From assembly GCA_036384875.1 (NCBI GenBank), contig DASVLM010000215.1, positions 1 through 34,599 on the forward strand: DNA of 34,599 nt, given 5' to 3'. The notes under the pieces are model-generated. The model had not been told where the DNA came from. It made no database searches and saw only the letters and a list, made by a program, of their open reading frames with translations. Both the position numbers and the translations under genes were made by a program. Below, in pieces: positions 1 to 10,928 of the stretch. The stretch is from Noviherbaspirillum sp. Its GTDB lineage: Bacteria > Pseudomonadota > Gammaproteobacteria > Burkholderiales > Burkholderiaceae_D. Numbering within the stretch: position 1 is the stretch's first letter; each line of letters opens with the position of its first letter.

Positions 1-44
1 ATCGATTCTAGGGAAATAATTTGTATTGTCAATTGAGATTTTTC

Positions 45-73
45 TTGCGCAAGTTGTCTATACAACTTAAGAT
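45..73 (+). promoter_or_regulatory. sigma70-type promoter of the transporter-hut operon
   Basis: TTGCGC (45-50), 17-nt spacer, TAAGAT (68-73), upstream of the first gene of the operon. Confidence 0.65.
51..68. promoter_or_regulatory. HutC operator
   Basis: Palindrome AAGTTGT-CTAT-ACAACTT; the reverse strand contains TTGTATAGACAA, the known HutC box core; it fills the promoter spacer upstream of hut genes. Confidence 0.88.
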
Positions 74-161
74 GCATTCGTCGGCGTGAGACTGCGACGG
101 TTTTCACTGTTTGGACACGCACCACGCCAGTCGTGCCATCAAAAACTCAAGGAGACAGACA

Positions 162-1325
162 ATGATTCCATTCCGCCGCAAGCAACTACTTGCCTCCGCG
201 TCCGCCCTGGCCGCGTTTGCGTCCTTCGCGGTCGCCCCCGCTTTCGCCGACATCAAGATCGGCTTCAACGTGCCTCTGACCGGCTTTGCCGCGGCCGACG
301 GCAAGTCCGCGCTGGAAGGCGCGAAGCTCGCTGTGGCGCATGCCAATGCCAAGGGCGGCATCGCCGGCCAGAAGCTCGAACTGGTGGTCTATGACGACCA
401 GGCTTCGCCGAAGGAAGCGGTGCCGGTGGCCACCAAGCTGGTGGAAAAGGACAAGGTGGTCGGCGCTGTCTCGGGCTCCTACTCCGGCTCGACGCGCGCC
501 GCCGCCGGCATCTTCCAGCAAGCTAAAGTCCCTTACGTCGTGTCCTACGCGATCCACCCCGACATCACGCTCACCGGCGACTACATGTTCCGCGTCTCGG
601 CCATGGGCGAAGTGCAGGGCCGCGCCGGCTCGATGCTGGTGCACAACCTCGGCAAGAAAAAGATCGCGCTGATCACGCTGAAGAACGATTTCGGCCAGGC
701 GCTCGCCGCCGGCTTCAAGGAAGGCGCGCAGAAATTCGGCCTGCAAATCGTCAATGAATACGAATACGGCATGCAGGACCGCCAGTTCGGCGCGCTGGTG
801 TCGAAGCTGAAGTCCGACAACCCGGACATCATCTACGCCTCCGGCTACTACTTCACCGCCGGCCCGCTGGTTAGCCAGCTGCGCGCCGCGGGCGTTTCCG
901 TGCCCGTCATCGGCCAGGAAGGCTACGACTCCGACAAGTTCATCGAGATCGCGGGCGCCGCTGCCGAAGGCGTGTACGTCACCACCTCGCTCGACCGCGA
1001 TTCGGACTCGGCCGCGACGAAGGGCTTCCTCGCCGAATTCCGCAAGGCCGCGGGCACGAATGCCGACATGGTCGCCGCGTCCTCGTACACCGCCACCAGC
1101 GTGCTGATCGAAGGCTTGAAGAAAACCGGCGGCAAGGGCGGCGAAGACCTGAAGAACGCGCTGGCCGCCGGCACCTTCGACACGCCGATCGGCAAGCTGG
1201 CGTTCAACGACTTGCATGAGGTGAAGAAGGATGTACAGGTGCAGGTCATCAAGGACAAGGCGTTCCACCGCCATTCCGTGATCTCGGGCCCGCTGCTGGC
1301 GCCGCCTTCCAAGCCGGCGAAGTAA
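162..1325 (+). CDS. ABC transporter substrate-binding protein, LivJ/LivK (HAAT) family; probable histidine/urocanate binding
   Basis: AAGGAG RBS before ATG 162; signal peptide ending AFA-D; IKIG..PLTG, YDDQASP, SGSYSG motifs. Confidence 0.9.
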   Translation: MIPFRRKQLLASASALAAFASFAVAPAFADIKIGFNVPLTGFAAADGKSALEGAKLAVAHANAKGGIAGQKLELVVYDDQASPKEAVPVATKLVEKDKVVGAVSGSYSGSTRAAAGIFQQAKVPYVVSYAIHPDITLTGDYMFRVSAMGEVQGRAGSMLVHNLGKKKIALITLKNDFGQALAAGFKEGAQKFGLQIVNEYEYGMQDRQFGALVSKLKSDNPDIIYASGYYFTAGPLVSQLRAAGVSVPVIGQEGYDSDKFIEIAGAAAEGVYVTTSLDRDSDSAATKGFLAEFRKAAGTNADMVAASSYTATSVLIEGLKKTGGKGGEDLKNALAAGTFDTPIGKLAFNDLHEVKKDVQVQVIKDKAFHRHSVISGPLLAPPSKPAK

Positions 1326-1358
1326 TCCAATCCGTACGGACCACACCAAGGAGTCATC

Positions 1359-2222
1359 ATGCTCTTCCTGGAGCTTACCGCACAGGGCCTGGTACAGGGC
1401 AGCATCTATGCGCTGGTCGCGCTGGGGCTGACCCTGGTGTACGGGCTGCTGCGCATCCTGCACGTCGCTCACGCCGCGCTGTTCACGCTGGGCGGCTATC
1501 TCGGCGTGATCGTCACCAACAGCACCGGCAGCCTTGCGCTGGGCTTCGCCGCCGCGATGTTCGCCTCAGGCATCGCCGGCATTGCCATGTACCGGCTCTG
1601 CTACGAGCCGATGCTGAAGCAGCCGCCCTTCGTCGCATTGATCGCCTCGATCGGCCTCTACATCGCCTTCGAGGAACTGTTCCGTATCGTGTTCGGCGCT
1701 TCCGGCCTGTCGTACCAGGCGCCGCCGCTGCAGGAACAAGTCGCCCTGTTCGGCGGCCTGCAGTTCAAGCAGGCGGAATTGCTGGTCATGCTCGGTACCG
1801 CCGTCATCATCGCCGTGCTCGGCTACCTGCAGAACAAGACCCGCGTCGGGGTCGCCTGCCAGGCCACGGTGTCGGACCCGCAGATGGCCGAGTCCTTCGG
1901 CATCAGGCTGCGCCAGGTACGCGACATCAACTTCTTCATCGGCTCCGCGCTCGCCGGTTTTGCCGGCGTGTGGGTGGCGCTGCTGAACAACCTGGTGGAA
2001 CCGACCATGGGCAGCGTACCGTCCTACAAGGGGCTGGCGATCATCGTGCTGGGCGGCATGGGTTCGGTGCGCGGCACCCTGCTCGCCGCGCTGGTGCTCG
2101 GCGTGGTCGAATCCTTCGGCACGATCTATCTCGGCAAGCTGCTCGATCGCAACGCCATTGCCTTCGCCTTCCTGATCGCGGTGCTGATGGTGCGCCCGCA
2201 AGGCCTGTTCGCCCGCAGATAA
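1359..2222 (+). CDS. branched-chain-type ABC transporter permease (LivH-like)
   Basis: GSIYALVALGLTLVYG..HVAHA and IIVLGGMGS motifs; hydrophobic; AAGGAG RBS. Confidence 0.92.
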   Translation: MLFLELTAQGLVQGSIYALVALGLTLVYGLLRILHVAHAALFTLGGYLGVIVTNSTGSLALGFAAAMFASGIAGIAMYRLCYEPMLKQPPFVALIASIGLYIAFEELFRIVFGASGLSYQAPPLQEQVALFGGLQFKQAELLVMLGTAVIIAVLGYLQNKTRVGVACQATVSDPQMAESFGIRLRQVRDINFFIGSALAGFAGVWVALLNNLVEPTMGSVPSYKGLAIIVLGGMGSVRGTLLAALVLGVVESFGTIYLGKLLDRNAIAFAFLIAVLMVRPQGLFARR

Positions 2223-2239
2223 GGCTTGGAGACAACCAC

Positions 2240-3118
2240 ATGGAATACGAAATTTCCCTGCTCACTTCGATGGCGATCAGCGTGCTGTTTGCGCTCTCGC
2301 TCAACCTGATCACCGGCTTCTGCGGCCAGATCAGCCTCGGCCATGCGGCCTTCCTCGGCATCGGCGCCTATCTTTCCGCCCTGCTGTGCAAGGCCGGCCT
2401 GCCCTTCCTCGCCACGCTGCCGCTGGCCATGCTGCTGGCCGGCGCGATCGGCAGCGTCGTCGGCCTTGCCAGCCTGCGCGTACGCGCCGACTTCCTCGCC
2501 ATCACCACCATGGGTGTCGGCTTCCTGTTCGTCGGCATCGTGCGCCAGCAGGAATCCCTGGGCGGCGAACTCGGCGTGTCGGCGATTCCCGATGCCGGCC
2601 TCTCCAAGACCGGCTTCATGCTGTTATCGCTGCTGCTGTGCGCCGCCACCGCCGCGCTGTGCATCTACATCCGCAAGTCGTGGATGGGCCGCGTCTTCAA
2701 CGGCGTGGCGGAAGACGAAGACACGATGCGCGTGCTCGGCATCGACGTGCCGCGCTACAAGCTGGCCGCCTTCGCCATCGGCACCGCGCTGGCGGGGCTT
2801 GCCGGCGGACTGTATGCACAACACCTGAAGTTCATCGGCCCCGACAGCTTCGGCTTCGTCGAGTCGGTGACGGTGCTATCCATGGTCGTGGTCGGCGGCA
2901 TCGGTTCGGTGGCGGGTGTTGCCATCGGCGCGGCGGTGCTGTCTACCCTGCCAGCCTGGTTCCAGTTCATCGGCGATTACAAGCTGCTGGTGTACGGCGG
3001 CCTGCTGTTCCTGATGATGCGCTTCTCGCCCGGCGGCATGGCCGGCATGGTGACGCGCCTCGTGCGCCGCCGCGCACAGAGCAACCCGCACGGCAACGCA
3101 CAGGGAGGCCGCGCATGA
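2240..3118 (+). CDS. branched-chain-type ABC transporter permease (LivM-like)
   Basis: GGAG RBS, ATG 2240 (MEYEISLL); SLNLITGFCGQISLGHAAF and MVVVGGIGS motifs. Confidence 0.92.
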   Translation: MEYEISLLTSMAISVLFALSLNLITGFCGQISLGHAAFLGIGAYLSALLCKAGLPFLATLPLAMLLAGAIGSVVGLASLRVRADFLAITTMGVGFLFVGIVRQQESLGGELGVSAIPDAGLSKTGFMLLSLLLCAATAALCIYIRKSWMGRVFNGVAEDEDTMRVLGIDVPRYKLAAFAIGTALAGLAGGLYAQHLKFIGPDSFGFVESVTVLSMVVVGGIGSVAGVAIGAAVLSTLPAWFQFIGDYKLLVYGGLLFLMMRFSPGGMAGMVTRLVRRRAQSNPHGNAQGGRA

Positions 3119-3942
3119 GAACCCAATTGCAGGCACTGCTCAGCGTTGTCAACGTCACCGTGCGCTTCGGCGGGCTGACCGCGATCGACGACGTGTCCTT
3201 CGACGTCTATCCCGGCGAACTGCTCGGCCTGATCGGCCCCAACGGCGCCGGCAAGACGACGATGCTGCGCGCGATCACCGGCGTGGTGCGCGCCACCGAA
3301 GGCGACGTCAGGCTTGAAGGCGAAACCCTCAACGGCTTGCCCATCCACAAGCGCATCCGGAAGGGTCTGTCGCTGTCGCAGCAGCTGGTGAAGCCCTTCC
3401 GCAACATCTCGGTGCTCGACAACGTCGCCCTCGCCGCCGGCATGGCGCGCACCCGCTCCCCGCTGAAAGCATTGATGCATGTATCGCAGGAGGAAGAAGC
3501 GAAGACCGGCCGCGCCATGCTGGAACGCGTCGGCATTTCGGCGCAAGCCGCGCAGGCGCCGGGCATCCAGCCGCTCGGCATCTTGAAGCGGCTGGAAATG
3601 GCGCGCGCCCTCGCATTGAATCCAAAGCTGCTGCTGCTCGACGAGCCGCTCGCCGGCCTCAACTCGAAGGAAGCGAATGCGCTCGCCACCACCATCGCCG
3701 ACATCAACAAGCAGGGAGTGACCATCATCCTGATCGAACACAACCTCGGCGAAGTGATGCGTATCTGCCAGCGCCTCGTCGTGCTCGACAACGGCCGCAA
3801 GATCGCCGCAGGCGAACCGCGCGCGGTCATGAACGACCCGGCGGTGCGCGCCGCCTATCTCGGCGGCGACACCATCGCCGAGGCGGGCACGGACAAGTCC
3901 AGGCAAGCCACTCTCGCCGTCGTCGGAGGCAAGCATGCTTGA
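3115..3942 (+). CDS. ABC transporter ATP-binding protein (LivG-like)
   Basis: ATGA overlap with the upstream stop; FGGLTA, Walker A GPNGAGKT, Walker B LLLLDEP, IEHN. Confidence 0.92.
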   Translation: MRTQLQALLSVVNVTVRFGGLTAIDDVSFDVYPGELLGLIGPNGAGKTTMLRAITGVVRATEGDVRLEGETLNGLPIHKRIRKGLSLSQQLVKPFRNISVLDNVALAAGMARTRSPLKALMHVSQEEEAKTGRAMLERVGISAQAAQAPGIQPLGILKRLEMARALALNPKLLLLDEPLAGLNSKEANALATTIADINKQGVTIILIEHNLGEVMRICQRLVVLDNGRKIAAGEPRAVMNDPAVRAAYLGGDTIAEAGTDKSRQATLAVVGGKHA

Positions 3943-4639
3943 AATCCACCACCTCTCCTGCGGCTACGGCGCCTTCCAGGCGGTCGGCGACCTGTCGCTC
4001 ACGCTGCGCCCGGGCACTATCACCGGCCTGATCGGCGCCAACGGTGCGGGCAAGTCTTCGACGCTGATGTGCGTCGCCGGCCATGTCGCGCTGCAGGCAG
4101 GCGCCATCATGTTCGACGGCCAGGACATCAGCACGCTCACGCCCGACCAGCGCGTGCGCCGCGGTATCGCCATCTCGCCGGAAGGCCGCCGCCTGTTCAA
4201 GGACATGACGGTCGAAGACAACCTGCGCGTCGGCGGCCTGATCCAGCCCGCCGGCAACTTCAGGAAAGACCGTGACTACGTGCTCGGCCTGTTCCCGCGA
4301 CTCGGCGAACGTCTCGACTCGCTCGCCGGCAACCTCTCCGGCGGCGAGCAGCAGATGCTCGCCATCGGCCGTGCACTGATGACGCGCCCCAAGCTGATCA
4401 TGATCGACGAACTCTCGCTCGGCCTGATGCCCAAGGTCATCGACCTGTGCTACCGCGCGCTCAAGCACTTGCAGCAGGACGGCATGACCATCCTGCTGGT
4501 CGAGCAGAACACCGACCGCGTGCTCGCCTTTGCCGACGACGTCTGCGTGCTGGAGTCCGGCCGCACCGTCTGGCAAGGCAAGGCGAGCGATGCACGCAAC
4601 GACACCAACCTCACCGCGGCCTACCTCGGCCTGCACTGA
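3935..4639 (+). CDS. ABC transporter ATP-binding protein (LivF-like)
   Basis: [35 protein letters not shown]-terminal AYLG. Confidence 0.93.
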   Translation: MLEIHHLSCGYGAFQAVGDLSLTLRPGTITGLIGANGAGKSSTLMCVAGHVALQAGAIMFDGQDISTLTPDQRVRRGIAISPEGRRLFKDMTVEDNLRVGGLIQPAGNFRKDRDYVLGLFPRLGERLDSLAGNLSGGEQQMLAIGRALMTRPKLIMIDELSLGLMPKVIDLCYRALKHLQQDGMTILLVEQNTDRVLAFADDVCVLESGRTVWQGKASDARNDTNLTAAYLGLH

Positions 4640-4659
4640 ATACTTTGGAAGGAGAAGCC

Positions 4660-6390
4660 ATGAACACCATGACCGAAGCCACCAGGCTGAACGACGACCC
4701 GCGCTGGGACGAGTCCCGCGTCATCCGTGCACCGCGCGGCAGCGAGAAGACCTGCAAGAGCTGGCTGACCGAAGCCGCCTACCGCATGATCCAGAACAAC
4801 CTCGACCCCGACGTGGCCGAGAACCCGAAGCACCTCGTGGTCTACGGCGGCATCGGCCGCGCCGCACGCAACTGGGAATGCTTCGACCGCATCCTCGCCA
4901 CGCTGCGCGAACTGAACGACGATGAAACGCTGCTGATCCAGTCCGGCAAGCCGGTCGGCGTATTCAAGACCCATGCCGACGCACCGCGCGTGCTGCTCGC
5001 CAATTCCAACCTGGTGCCGAAGTGGGCCAACTGGGAACACTTCAACGAACTCGACCGCGCCGGCCTGTTCATGTACGGCCAGATGACGGCCGGCAGCTGG
5101 ATCTACATCGGTACGCAAGGCATCGTGCAGGGCACCTATGAAACCTTCGCCGAAGCCGGCCGCAAGCACTATGGCGGCGACTGGGCGGGCCGCTGGATCC
5201 TCACCGCCGGGCTCGGCGGCATGGGCGGCGCGCAGCCGCTGGCGGCGACCTTCGCCGGCGCCGTCTCGCTGAACATCGAATGCCAGCAGAGCAGCATCGA
5301 CTTCCGCCTGCGCACCCGCTACCTCGACAAGCAGGCGAAGGACCTCGACGATGCGCTCGCCCTCATCAAGCATCACTGCGAACGCAAGGAAGCGGTATCC
5401 ATCGGCCTCTTGGGCAACGCCGCCGAGCTCCTGCTGGAACTGGTCAAGCGTGCGAAGGCAGGTGGAAAGGATGGCGCAATGCGGCCCGACCTCGTGACCG
5501 ACCAAACGTCCGCGCACGACCTGATCAACGGCTACCTGCCGGCAGGCTGGAGCGTCGCGCAATGGAAAGCCGCGCAGCAAGACCCGTCGCAGCATGGGAA
5601 GCTGACCGCCGAGGCGGCGCAGTCCTGCGCAGTGCATGTGCAGGCGATGCTGGACTTCCAGTCCATGGGCATTCCGACGGTCGACTACGGCAACAACATC
5701 CGCCAGGTCGCTTTCGATACCGGCGTGCAGAACGCCTTCGACTTCCCCGGCTTCGTGCCCGCCTACATTCGCCCGTTGTTTTGCGAAGGCAAGGGTCCGT
5801 TCCGCTGGGTGGCCTTGTCCGGCGACCCGGAAGACATCTACAAGACGGATGCGAAGATCAAGGAACTGTTCCCCGAGAACAAACACGTGCATCGCTGGCT
5901 CGACATGGCACGCGACCGCATCGCCTTCCAGGGCTTGCCTGCCCGCATCTGCTGGCTGGGCCTGGGCGAGCGCCATATCGCCGGCCTGGCCTTCAACGAG
6001 ATGGTGAAGAACGGTGAACTGAAAGGCCCGATCGTCATCGGCCGCGACCACCTCGACACCGGCTCGGTCGCCAGCCCGAACCGTGAAACTGAAAGCATGA
6101 AAGATGGCACGGATGCGGTTTCCGACTGGCCCTTGCTGAACGCCCTGCTCAACACTGCCGGTGGTGCGACCTGGGTGTCGCTGCACCATGGCGGCGGCGT
6201 CGGCATGGGGTATTCGCAGCATTCGGGCATGGTGATCGTGGCAGACGGCAGCGATGCCGCGTCGAAACGGTTGGCGCGCGTGCTGGTCAACGATTGCGGT
6301 TCGGGCGTGATGCGGCATGCCGATGCGGGGTATGAGCAGGCGGTCGAATGCGCGAAGCGTTTCGGCCTGAACCTGCCGATGATCAAATAA
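4660..6390 (+). CDS. hutU: urocanate hydratase
   Basis: [52 protein letters not shown]; AAGGAG RBS before ATG 4660. Confidence 0.98.
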   Translation: MNTMTEATRLNDDPRWDESRVIRAPRGSEKTCKSWLTEAAYRMIQNNLDPDVAENPKHLVVYGGIGRAARNWECFDRILATLRELNDDETLLIQSGKPVGVFKTHADAPRVLLANSNLVPKWANWEHFNELDRAGLFMYGQMTAGSWIYIGTQGIVQGTYETFAEAGRKHYGGDWAGRWILTAGLGGMGGAQPLAATFAGAVSLNIECQQSSIDFRLRTRYLDKQAKDLDDALALIKHHCERKEAVSIGLLGNAAELLLELVKRAKAGGKDGAMRPDLVTDQTSAHDLINGYLPAGWSVAQWKAAQQDPSQHGKLTAEAAQSCAVHVQAMLDFQSMGIPTVDYGNNIRQVAFDTGVQNAFDFPGFVPAYIRPLFCEGKGPFRWVALSGDPEDIYKTDAKIKELFPENKHVHRWLDMARDRIAFQGLPARICWLGLGERHIAGLAFNEMVKNGELKGPIVIGRDHLDTGSVASPNRETESMKDGTDAVSDWPLLNALLNTAGGATWVSLHHGGGVGMGYSQHSGMVIVADGSDAASKRLARVLVNDCGSGVMRHADAGYEQAVECAKRFGLNLPMIK

Positions 6391-6521
6391 GAAGAGGGAA
6401 AGCGCGGCAACGGCGCATTTACGACAACCCCGAACCCCAAGGTGTTGCCGCGCAAGACCCCGCATGGTCGGGACACTAGAATGGCAAGACATATAGAAGC
6501 CGCAACGATGAAGGCAAACAC

Positions 6522-8063
6522 ATGACAAACACCATCGTCATCAATCCGGGAAATTTCACCCTCGCCCAACTCCGCGCCATCTGGCGCCAGGCCCCCAGGC
6601 TGGAGCTGGCGCGAGACGCCTACCAGGCCATCAACACTTCCGCAGCCATGATCCAGAAGATCGTGGACAAGGGCGACCCCGCCTACGGCATCAACACCGG
6701 TTTCGGCAAGCTGGCCAAGACCCACATCCCGAACGACCAGCTGGAAGAGCTGCAGAAGAACCTGATCCTGTCGCACAGTGTCGGCAGCGGCGCGCTGCTG
6801 AGCGACGAGGTCGTGCGCCTCATCCTTGCGATGAAGATCGGCAGCCTGTCGCGCGGCTACTCCGGCATCCGTGCGCAGGTCATCGACACCATGATCGCCG
6901 CGTACAACGCCGGCATCATGCCCTGCATCCCCGGCAAGGGTTCGGTGGGCGCCTCCGGCGACCTCGCCCCGCTCTCGCACATGACGCTCACGCTGATGGG
7001 CGCAGGCGATGCCCGCGTGGATGGCACGATCATGCCGGCAAGGGAAGCGCTGGCCAAAGCCGGCATCGAACCCGTCACGCTGGCGGCGAAGGAAGGCCTC
7101 GCCCTCATCAACGGCACGCAAGTCTCCACGGCACTGGCCCTGAACGGCCTGTTCCTCGCTGAACGCATGCTGGAAGCAGCCACGGTTGCCGGCGCACTCT
7201 CGGTCGATGCCGCCAAGGGCAGCGACGCTCCGTTCGACCCGCGCGTGCATGAAGTGCGCGGCCAGCCCGGCCAGATCGCCATCGCGAAAATCTACCGCGC
7301 GCTGCTGGCCGGCAGCGAGATCCGCCGCTCCCACCTCGTCAACGACGAGCGCGTGCAAGACCCCTACAGCCTGCGCTGCCAGCCGCAGGTGATGGGCGCC
7401 TGCCTCGACATCATCGTCAACGCCTCGCGCACGCTGCTGACCGAAGCCAATGCCGTCACCGACAATCCCCTGGTCTACGCCGATGAAGGCGACGTCATTT
7501 CCGGCGGCAACTTTCACGCCGAACCAGTGGCCTTCGCCGCCGACACACTGGCGCTGGCGATTGCCGAAATCGGCGCGCTGTCCGAACGCCGCATCGCGCT
7601 CCTGATCGACTCCACGCTGTCCGGCCTGCCGCCCTTCCTCGTCGCCTCGTCGGGCTTGAACTCCGGCTTCATGATCGCGCACGTCACCGCCGCCGCGCTC
7701 GCCTCGGAAAACAAGTCGCTCGCGCATCCGGCCAGCGTCGACAGCCTGCCGACCTCGGCCAACCAGGAAGACCACGTCAGCATGGCCACCTTCGCCGGCC
7801 GCCGCCTGCAGGAGATGGCCGACAATACCGCCACCATCGTCGGCATCGAATTCCTCGCCGCCGCGCAGGGCGTGGACTTTCACCAGCCGCTGGCCACTTC
7901 GCCGCTGCTCGCGCAGGTGCACCGGCAATTGCGTTCGCGCATCGCCTTCTACGAGAAGGACCGCCTGTTTGCGCCCGACATCGAAGCCGCCAAGCGCATG
8001 GTATTCGACGGCACGCTGGGCGCGGACTGCAAGCAATTGTTCAACGGCCTGTATCTCGATTGA
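6522..8063 (+). CDS. hutH: histidine ammonia-lyase
   Basis: [20 protein letters not shown] (MIO-forming ASG), [26 protein letters not shown]. Confidence 0.98.
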   Translation: MTNTIVINPGNFTLAQLRAIWRQAPRLELARDAYQAINTSAAMIQKIVDKGDPAYGINTGFGKLAKTHIPNDQLEELQKNLILSHSVGSGALLSDEVVRLILAMKIGSLSRGYSGIRAQVIDTMIAAYNAGIMPCIPGKGSVGASGDLAPLSHMTLTLMGAGDARVDGTIMPAREALAKAGIEPVTLAAKEGLALINGTQVSTALALNGLFLAERMLEAATVAGALSVDAAKGSDAPFDPRVHEVRGQPGQIAIAKIYRALLAGSEIRRSHLVNDERVQDPYSLRCQPQVMGACLDIIVNASRTLLTEANAVTDNPLVYADEGDVISGGNFHAEPVAFAADTLALAIAEIGALSERRIALLIDSTLSGLPPFLVASSGLNSGFMIAHVTAAALASENKSLAHPASVDSLPTSANQEDHVSMATFAGRRLQEMADNTATIVGIEFLAAAQGVDFHQPLATSPLLAQVHRQLRSRIAFYEKDRLFAPDIEAAKRMVFDGTLGADCKQLFNGLYLD

Positions 8064-8087
8064 ATTGCGACTGAAAGGAATCCCGCC

Positions 8088-9053
8088 ATGCACGCAACGC
8101 CGGACATGAAGCAGTGGCAAGGACGCGTCGATGCCGCCGAAGGCGAGCTCGGCAAACGCTGGCACCAGGTGGTGCAGCCATTCACTGAAGGCGGGGATGG
8201 CAGAGGCGTGGCGCTGGTCGGCTTCTCCTGCGACGCCGGTATCGAACGCAACCACGGCCGCACCGGCGCGCGCAAGGGCCCGGCCGCACTGCGCGCCGCA
8301 CTCGGCAACATGCCGGTGCACCGCTGCAAGGACATCGCCGACGCGGGCGATGTGGTGTGCGAACCCACCGGGCAAAGCGATGGCCTGGAGGAAGCACAAC
8401 AGGCGCTGGCTGGCGTCATCGACGGCATCCTCGCCGGCGGCCGGTTGCCGTTCGCCCTCGGCGGCGGCCATGAAATCGCCTGGGCTTCCTTCAGCGGACT
8501 GGCGCGACATCTCGCGCGACGCGAACAGTCACCCCGCATCGGCGTCATCAATCTCGACGCCCACTTCGACCTGCGCATGGCCGATCGCGCCAGCTCCGGC
8601 ACCCCCTTCCGCCAGATCGCGGAAGACTGCCAAGCGCGCGGCTGGAAGTTCAACTACTGTTGCCTCGGCATCAGCCGCTTCGCCAACACCGACGCGCTGT
8701 TCGAGCGGGCGCGCCGGTTCGGCGTGCACTGGCGCCTCGACGAGGAAATGACGAGCAGCCGCATCCAGTCCACGCTCGACCTGGTGCAAGCCTTCATCGG
8801 CCAGGTCGACCATGTCTACTTCACCACCTGCCTCGATGTGCTGCCAGCCTATATTGCGCCGGGCGTGAGCGCACCGGCTCCGCGCGGCGTCGAACTCGAT
8901 GTCGTCGAGCAGGTCATCGATGCCGTCGCCGGCAGCGGCAAGCTGCGCCTGGCCGACATCGCCGAACTCAATCCTGCATTCGACATCGACCAGCGCACGG
9001 CGCGCGTCGCCGCGCGGCTGGTGGCACGCATCGTGGAAACTGCGGGGGTGTGA
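8088..9053 (+). CDS. hutG: formimidoylglutamase (arginase family)
   Basis: WQGRVD, GRTGARKGP, GGGHE, DAHFDLR, SSGTPF, APGVSAP, ELNP. Confidence 0.95.
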   Translation: MHATPDMKQWQGRVDAAEGELGKRWHQVVQPFTEGGDGRGVALVGFSCDAGIERNHGRTGARKGPAALRAALGNMPVHRCKDIADAGDVVCEPTGQSDGLEEAQQALAGVIDGILAGGRLPFALGGGHEIAWASFSGLARHLARREQSPRIGVINLDAHFDLRMADRASSGTPFRQIAEDCQARGWKFNYCCLGISRFANTDALFERARRFGVHWRLDEEMTSSRIQSTLDLVQAFIGQVDHVYFTTCLDVLPAYIAPGVSAPAPRGVELDVVEQVIDAVAGSGKLRLADIAELNPAFDIDQRTARVAARLVARIVETAGV

Positions 9054-9057
9054 GGCC

Positions 9058-9660
9058 GTGCGCAAGTTCAGCAGCAACGATTACCGCCGCATGCCGTGGA
9101 AGAACGGCGGCGGCGTCACCACGCAACTCGCGATCTGGCCGGAGGATGCCGACCTTTCCAGCTTCGACTTACGCATCAGCACCGCCGACATTGCCAAGCC
9201 GGGGCCGTTCTCGCTGTTCGCCGGCTGCGACCGCTCGCTCGCGGTGCTGCGCGGCGCAGGTATCGCACTTGAATTCGACGGCCTGAGCGCGACCATCCTC
9301 ACGCCAAGCAACCTGCCATTGCGCTTCGGCGGCGAGCAGCAGGTGCGTGCCGCGCTGCTCGATGGTCCGGTCACCGATTTCAACATCATCAGCAGGCGCA
9401 GCCGCTGGAGCCACACGCTGGAGCGCCTGGCCTTGAACGACAAGCTGCGTCGCGCGATCAATGCGGACCGGATGTTCGTCTATTGCGCGCAGGGCGGCGC
9501 AGTACAGATACGCCTGCCCTCCGGCAAGACGGTCGATTGCGCGGAAGGCAATGCGGTCATGCTCGACGCGAGCGACGGCGCGCATGCTGATTTCTCCGCT
9601 TCTTCCTCGCTGCTGTACCTTGCCCGTTTCACCGCAAAAGGAAACACCCATGCCGAATGA
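9058..9660 (+). CDS. hutD: HutD/Ves family protein
   Basis: [29 protein letters not shown]; GTG start inferred just after the hutG stop. Confidence 0.88.
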   Translation: MRKFSSNDYRRMPWKNGGGVTTQLAIWPEDADLSSFDLRISTADIAKPGPFSLFAGCDRSLAVLRGAGIALEFDGLSATILTPSNLPLRFGGEQQVRAALLDGPVTDFNIISRRSRWSHTLERLALNDKLRRAINADRMFVYCAQGGAVQIRLPSGKTVDCAEGNAVMLDASDGAHADFSASSSLLYLARFTAKGNTHAE

Positions 9661-10885
9661 TTCAACATCCCGGTGGGACGCCTTGTGGACCGGCGTCCAT
9701 CTCGCCACGATGACCGGCGGCTACGGCGAAATCCGCGACGCCGCGATTGCGGTACGCGACGGCCGCATCGCCTGGCTGGGCAAGCGCAGCGAGCTACCTC
9801 CGCACCAAGCCGCCGTCGAACACGACGGCAAAGGCTGCTGGCTCACGCCCGGCCTGATCGATTGCCACACGCACATCGTCTACGCCGGCAGCCGCAGCGA
9901 CGAATTCGAAGCGCGGCTCAACGGCGCAAGCTACGAAGAGATCGCGCAGCGCGGCGGCGGCATCCTCTCGACAGTACGCACCACCCGTGCCGCAGCGGAA
10001 AATGCGTTGTACGAATCCAGCCTGAGGCGCGTGCGCGACCTGCTGTCCGAAGGCGTGACCACGCTGGAAATCAAGTCCGGCTACGGCCTGGACCTCGACA
10101 GCGAACGCAAGATGCTGCGCGTGGCGCGCCGCATCGGCCAAACGCTGCCGGTGCGCGTGAAAACGACCTTCCTCGGCGCGCATGCGCTGCCGCCAGAGTA
10201 TGCCGGCCGCGGCGACGACTACATCGACGCGGTCTGCGAGCAGATGCTGCCCGCACTCGGCGCGGAAGGCCTGGTCGATGCAGTGGATGCCTTCTGCGAA
10301 AAGATAGGCTTCTCGCCTGCGCAAACAGAACGCGTATTCGAGAAGGCACGGCAACTCGGCCTGCCCGTCAAGCTGCATGCCGAGCAGCTCTCGGACCAGG
10401 GCGGCGCCGCGCTGACCGCACGCTACCGCGGCCTCTCCGCCGACCACCTCGAATACCTCACGCCGGAAGGCATCGCCGCGATGAAGCAGGCCGGCACCGT
10501 CGCCGTGCTGTTGCCGGGCGCCTACTACTTCCTGCGCGAAACGAAGCAACCGCCGGTACAGGCGCTGCGCGACGCCGGCGTGCCGATCGCCGTTTCCACC
10601 GACTGCAACCCCGGCACCTCGCCGATGACCTCGCTGCTGCTGGCGATGAACATGGCCTGCACGCTGTTCCGCCTGACCCCGCAGGAGGCACTGGCCGGCG
10701 CCACGGTGCACGCCGCGCACGCGCTCGGCATTGCACAAGAACTTGGCACGCTGGAAACCGGCAAGCTGGCCGACTTTGCGCTGTGGGACATCGACCGGCC
10801 CGGCGACCTCGCCTATGCCATCGGTGCCCGCCCGTGCCGCCAGGTCGTCAACGCCGGCCAGCCCAGGCCTGCTGCGCTGCAGTAG
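9650..10885 (+). CDS. hutI: imidazolonepropionase
   Basis: [52 protein letters not shown]. Confidence 0.97.
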   Translation: MPNDSTSRWDALWTGVHLATMTGGYGEIRDAAIAVRDGRIAWLGKRSELPPHQAAVEHDGKGCWLTPGLIDCHTHIVYAGSRSDEFEARLNGASYEEIAQRGGGILSTVRTTRAAAENALYESSLRRVRDLLSEGVTTLEIKSGYGLDLDSERKMLRVARRIGQTLPVRVKTTFLGAHALPPEYAGRGDDYIDAVCEQMLPALGAEGLVDAVDAFCEKIGFSPAQTERVFEKARQLGLPVKLHAEQLSDQGGAALTARYRGLSADHLEYLTPEGIAAMKQAGTVAVLLPGAYYFLRETKQPPVQALRDAGVPIAVSTDCNPGTSPMTSLLLAMNMACTLFRLTPQEALAGATVHAAHALGIAQELGTLETGKLADFALWDIDRPGDLAYAIGARPCRQVVNAGQPRPAALQ

Positions 10886-10916
10886 CATTTGTCACCTTCC
10901 AGCAATGGCGGGCGCC

Positions 10917-10922
10917 TATAAT
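10917..10922 (+). promoter_or_regulatory. perfect -10 box (TATAAT) 6 nt before the ATG; probable leaderless promoter
   Basis: TATAAT-CGGCGC-ATG(10929); no Shine-Dalgarno; no well-spaced -35 seen. Confidence 0.5.
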
Positions 10923-10928
10923 CGGCGC

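Noticed and set aside
2386-3114. Arg-rich N-terminal extension of the LivG-like ORF (similar extensions on the LivM-like, hutU, hutD, hutI and Ubl ORFs)
   Set aside because: These overlap upstream genes; better starts with an RBS, stop-start coupling or a -10 box lie downstream
5838-8510. 890-aa minus-strand ORF, and similar long antisense ORFs (4621-6528, 186-1472, 9794-10888)
   Set aside because: Antisense shadows of GC-rich hut and transporter genes; no recognisable motifs
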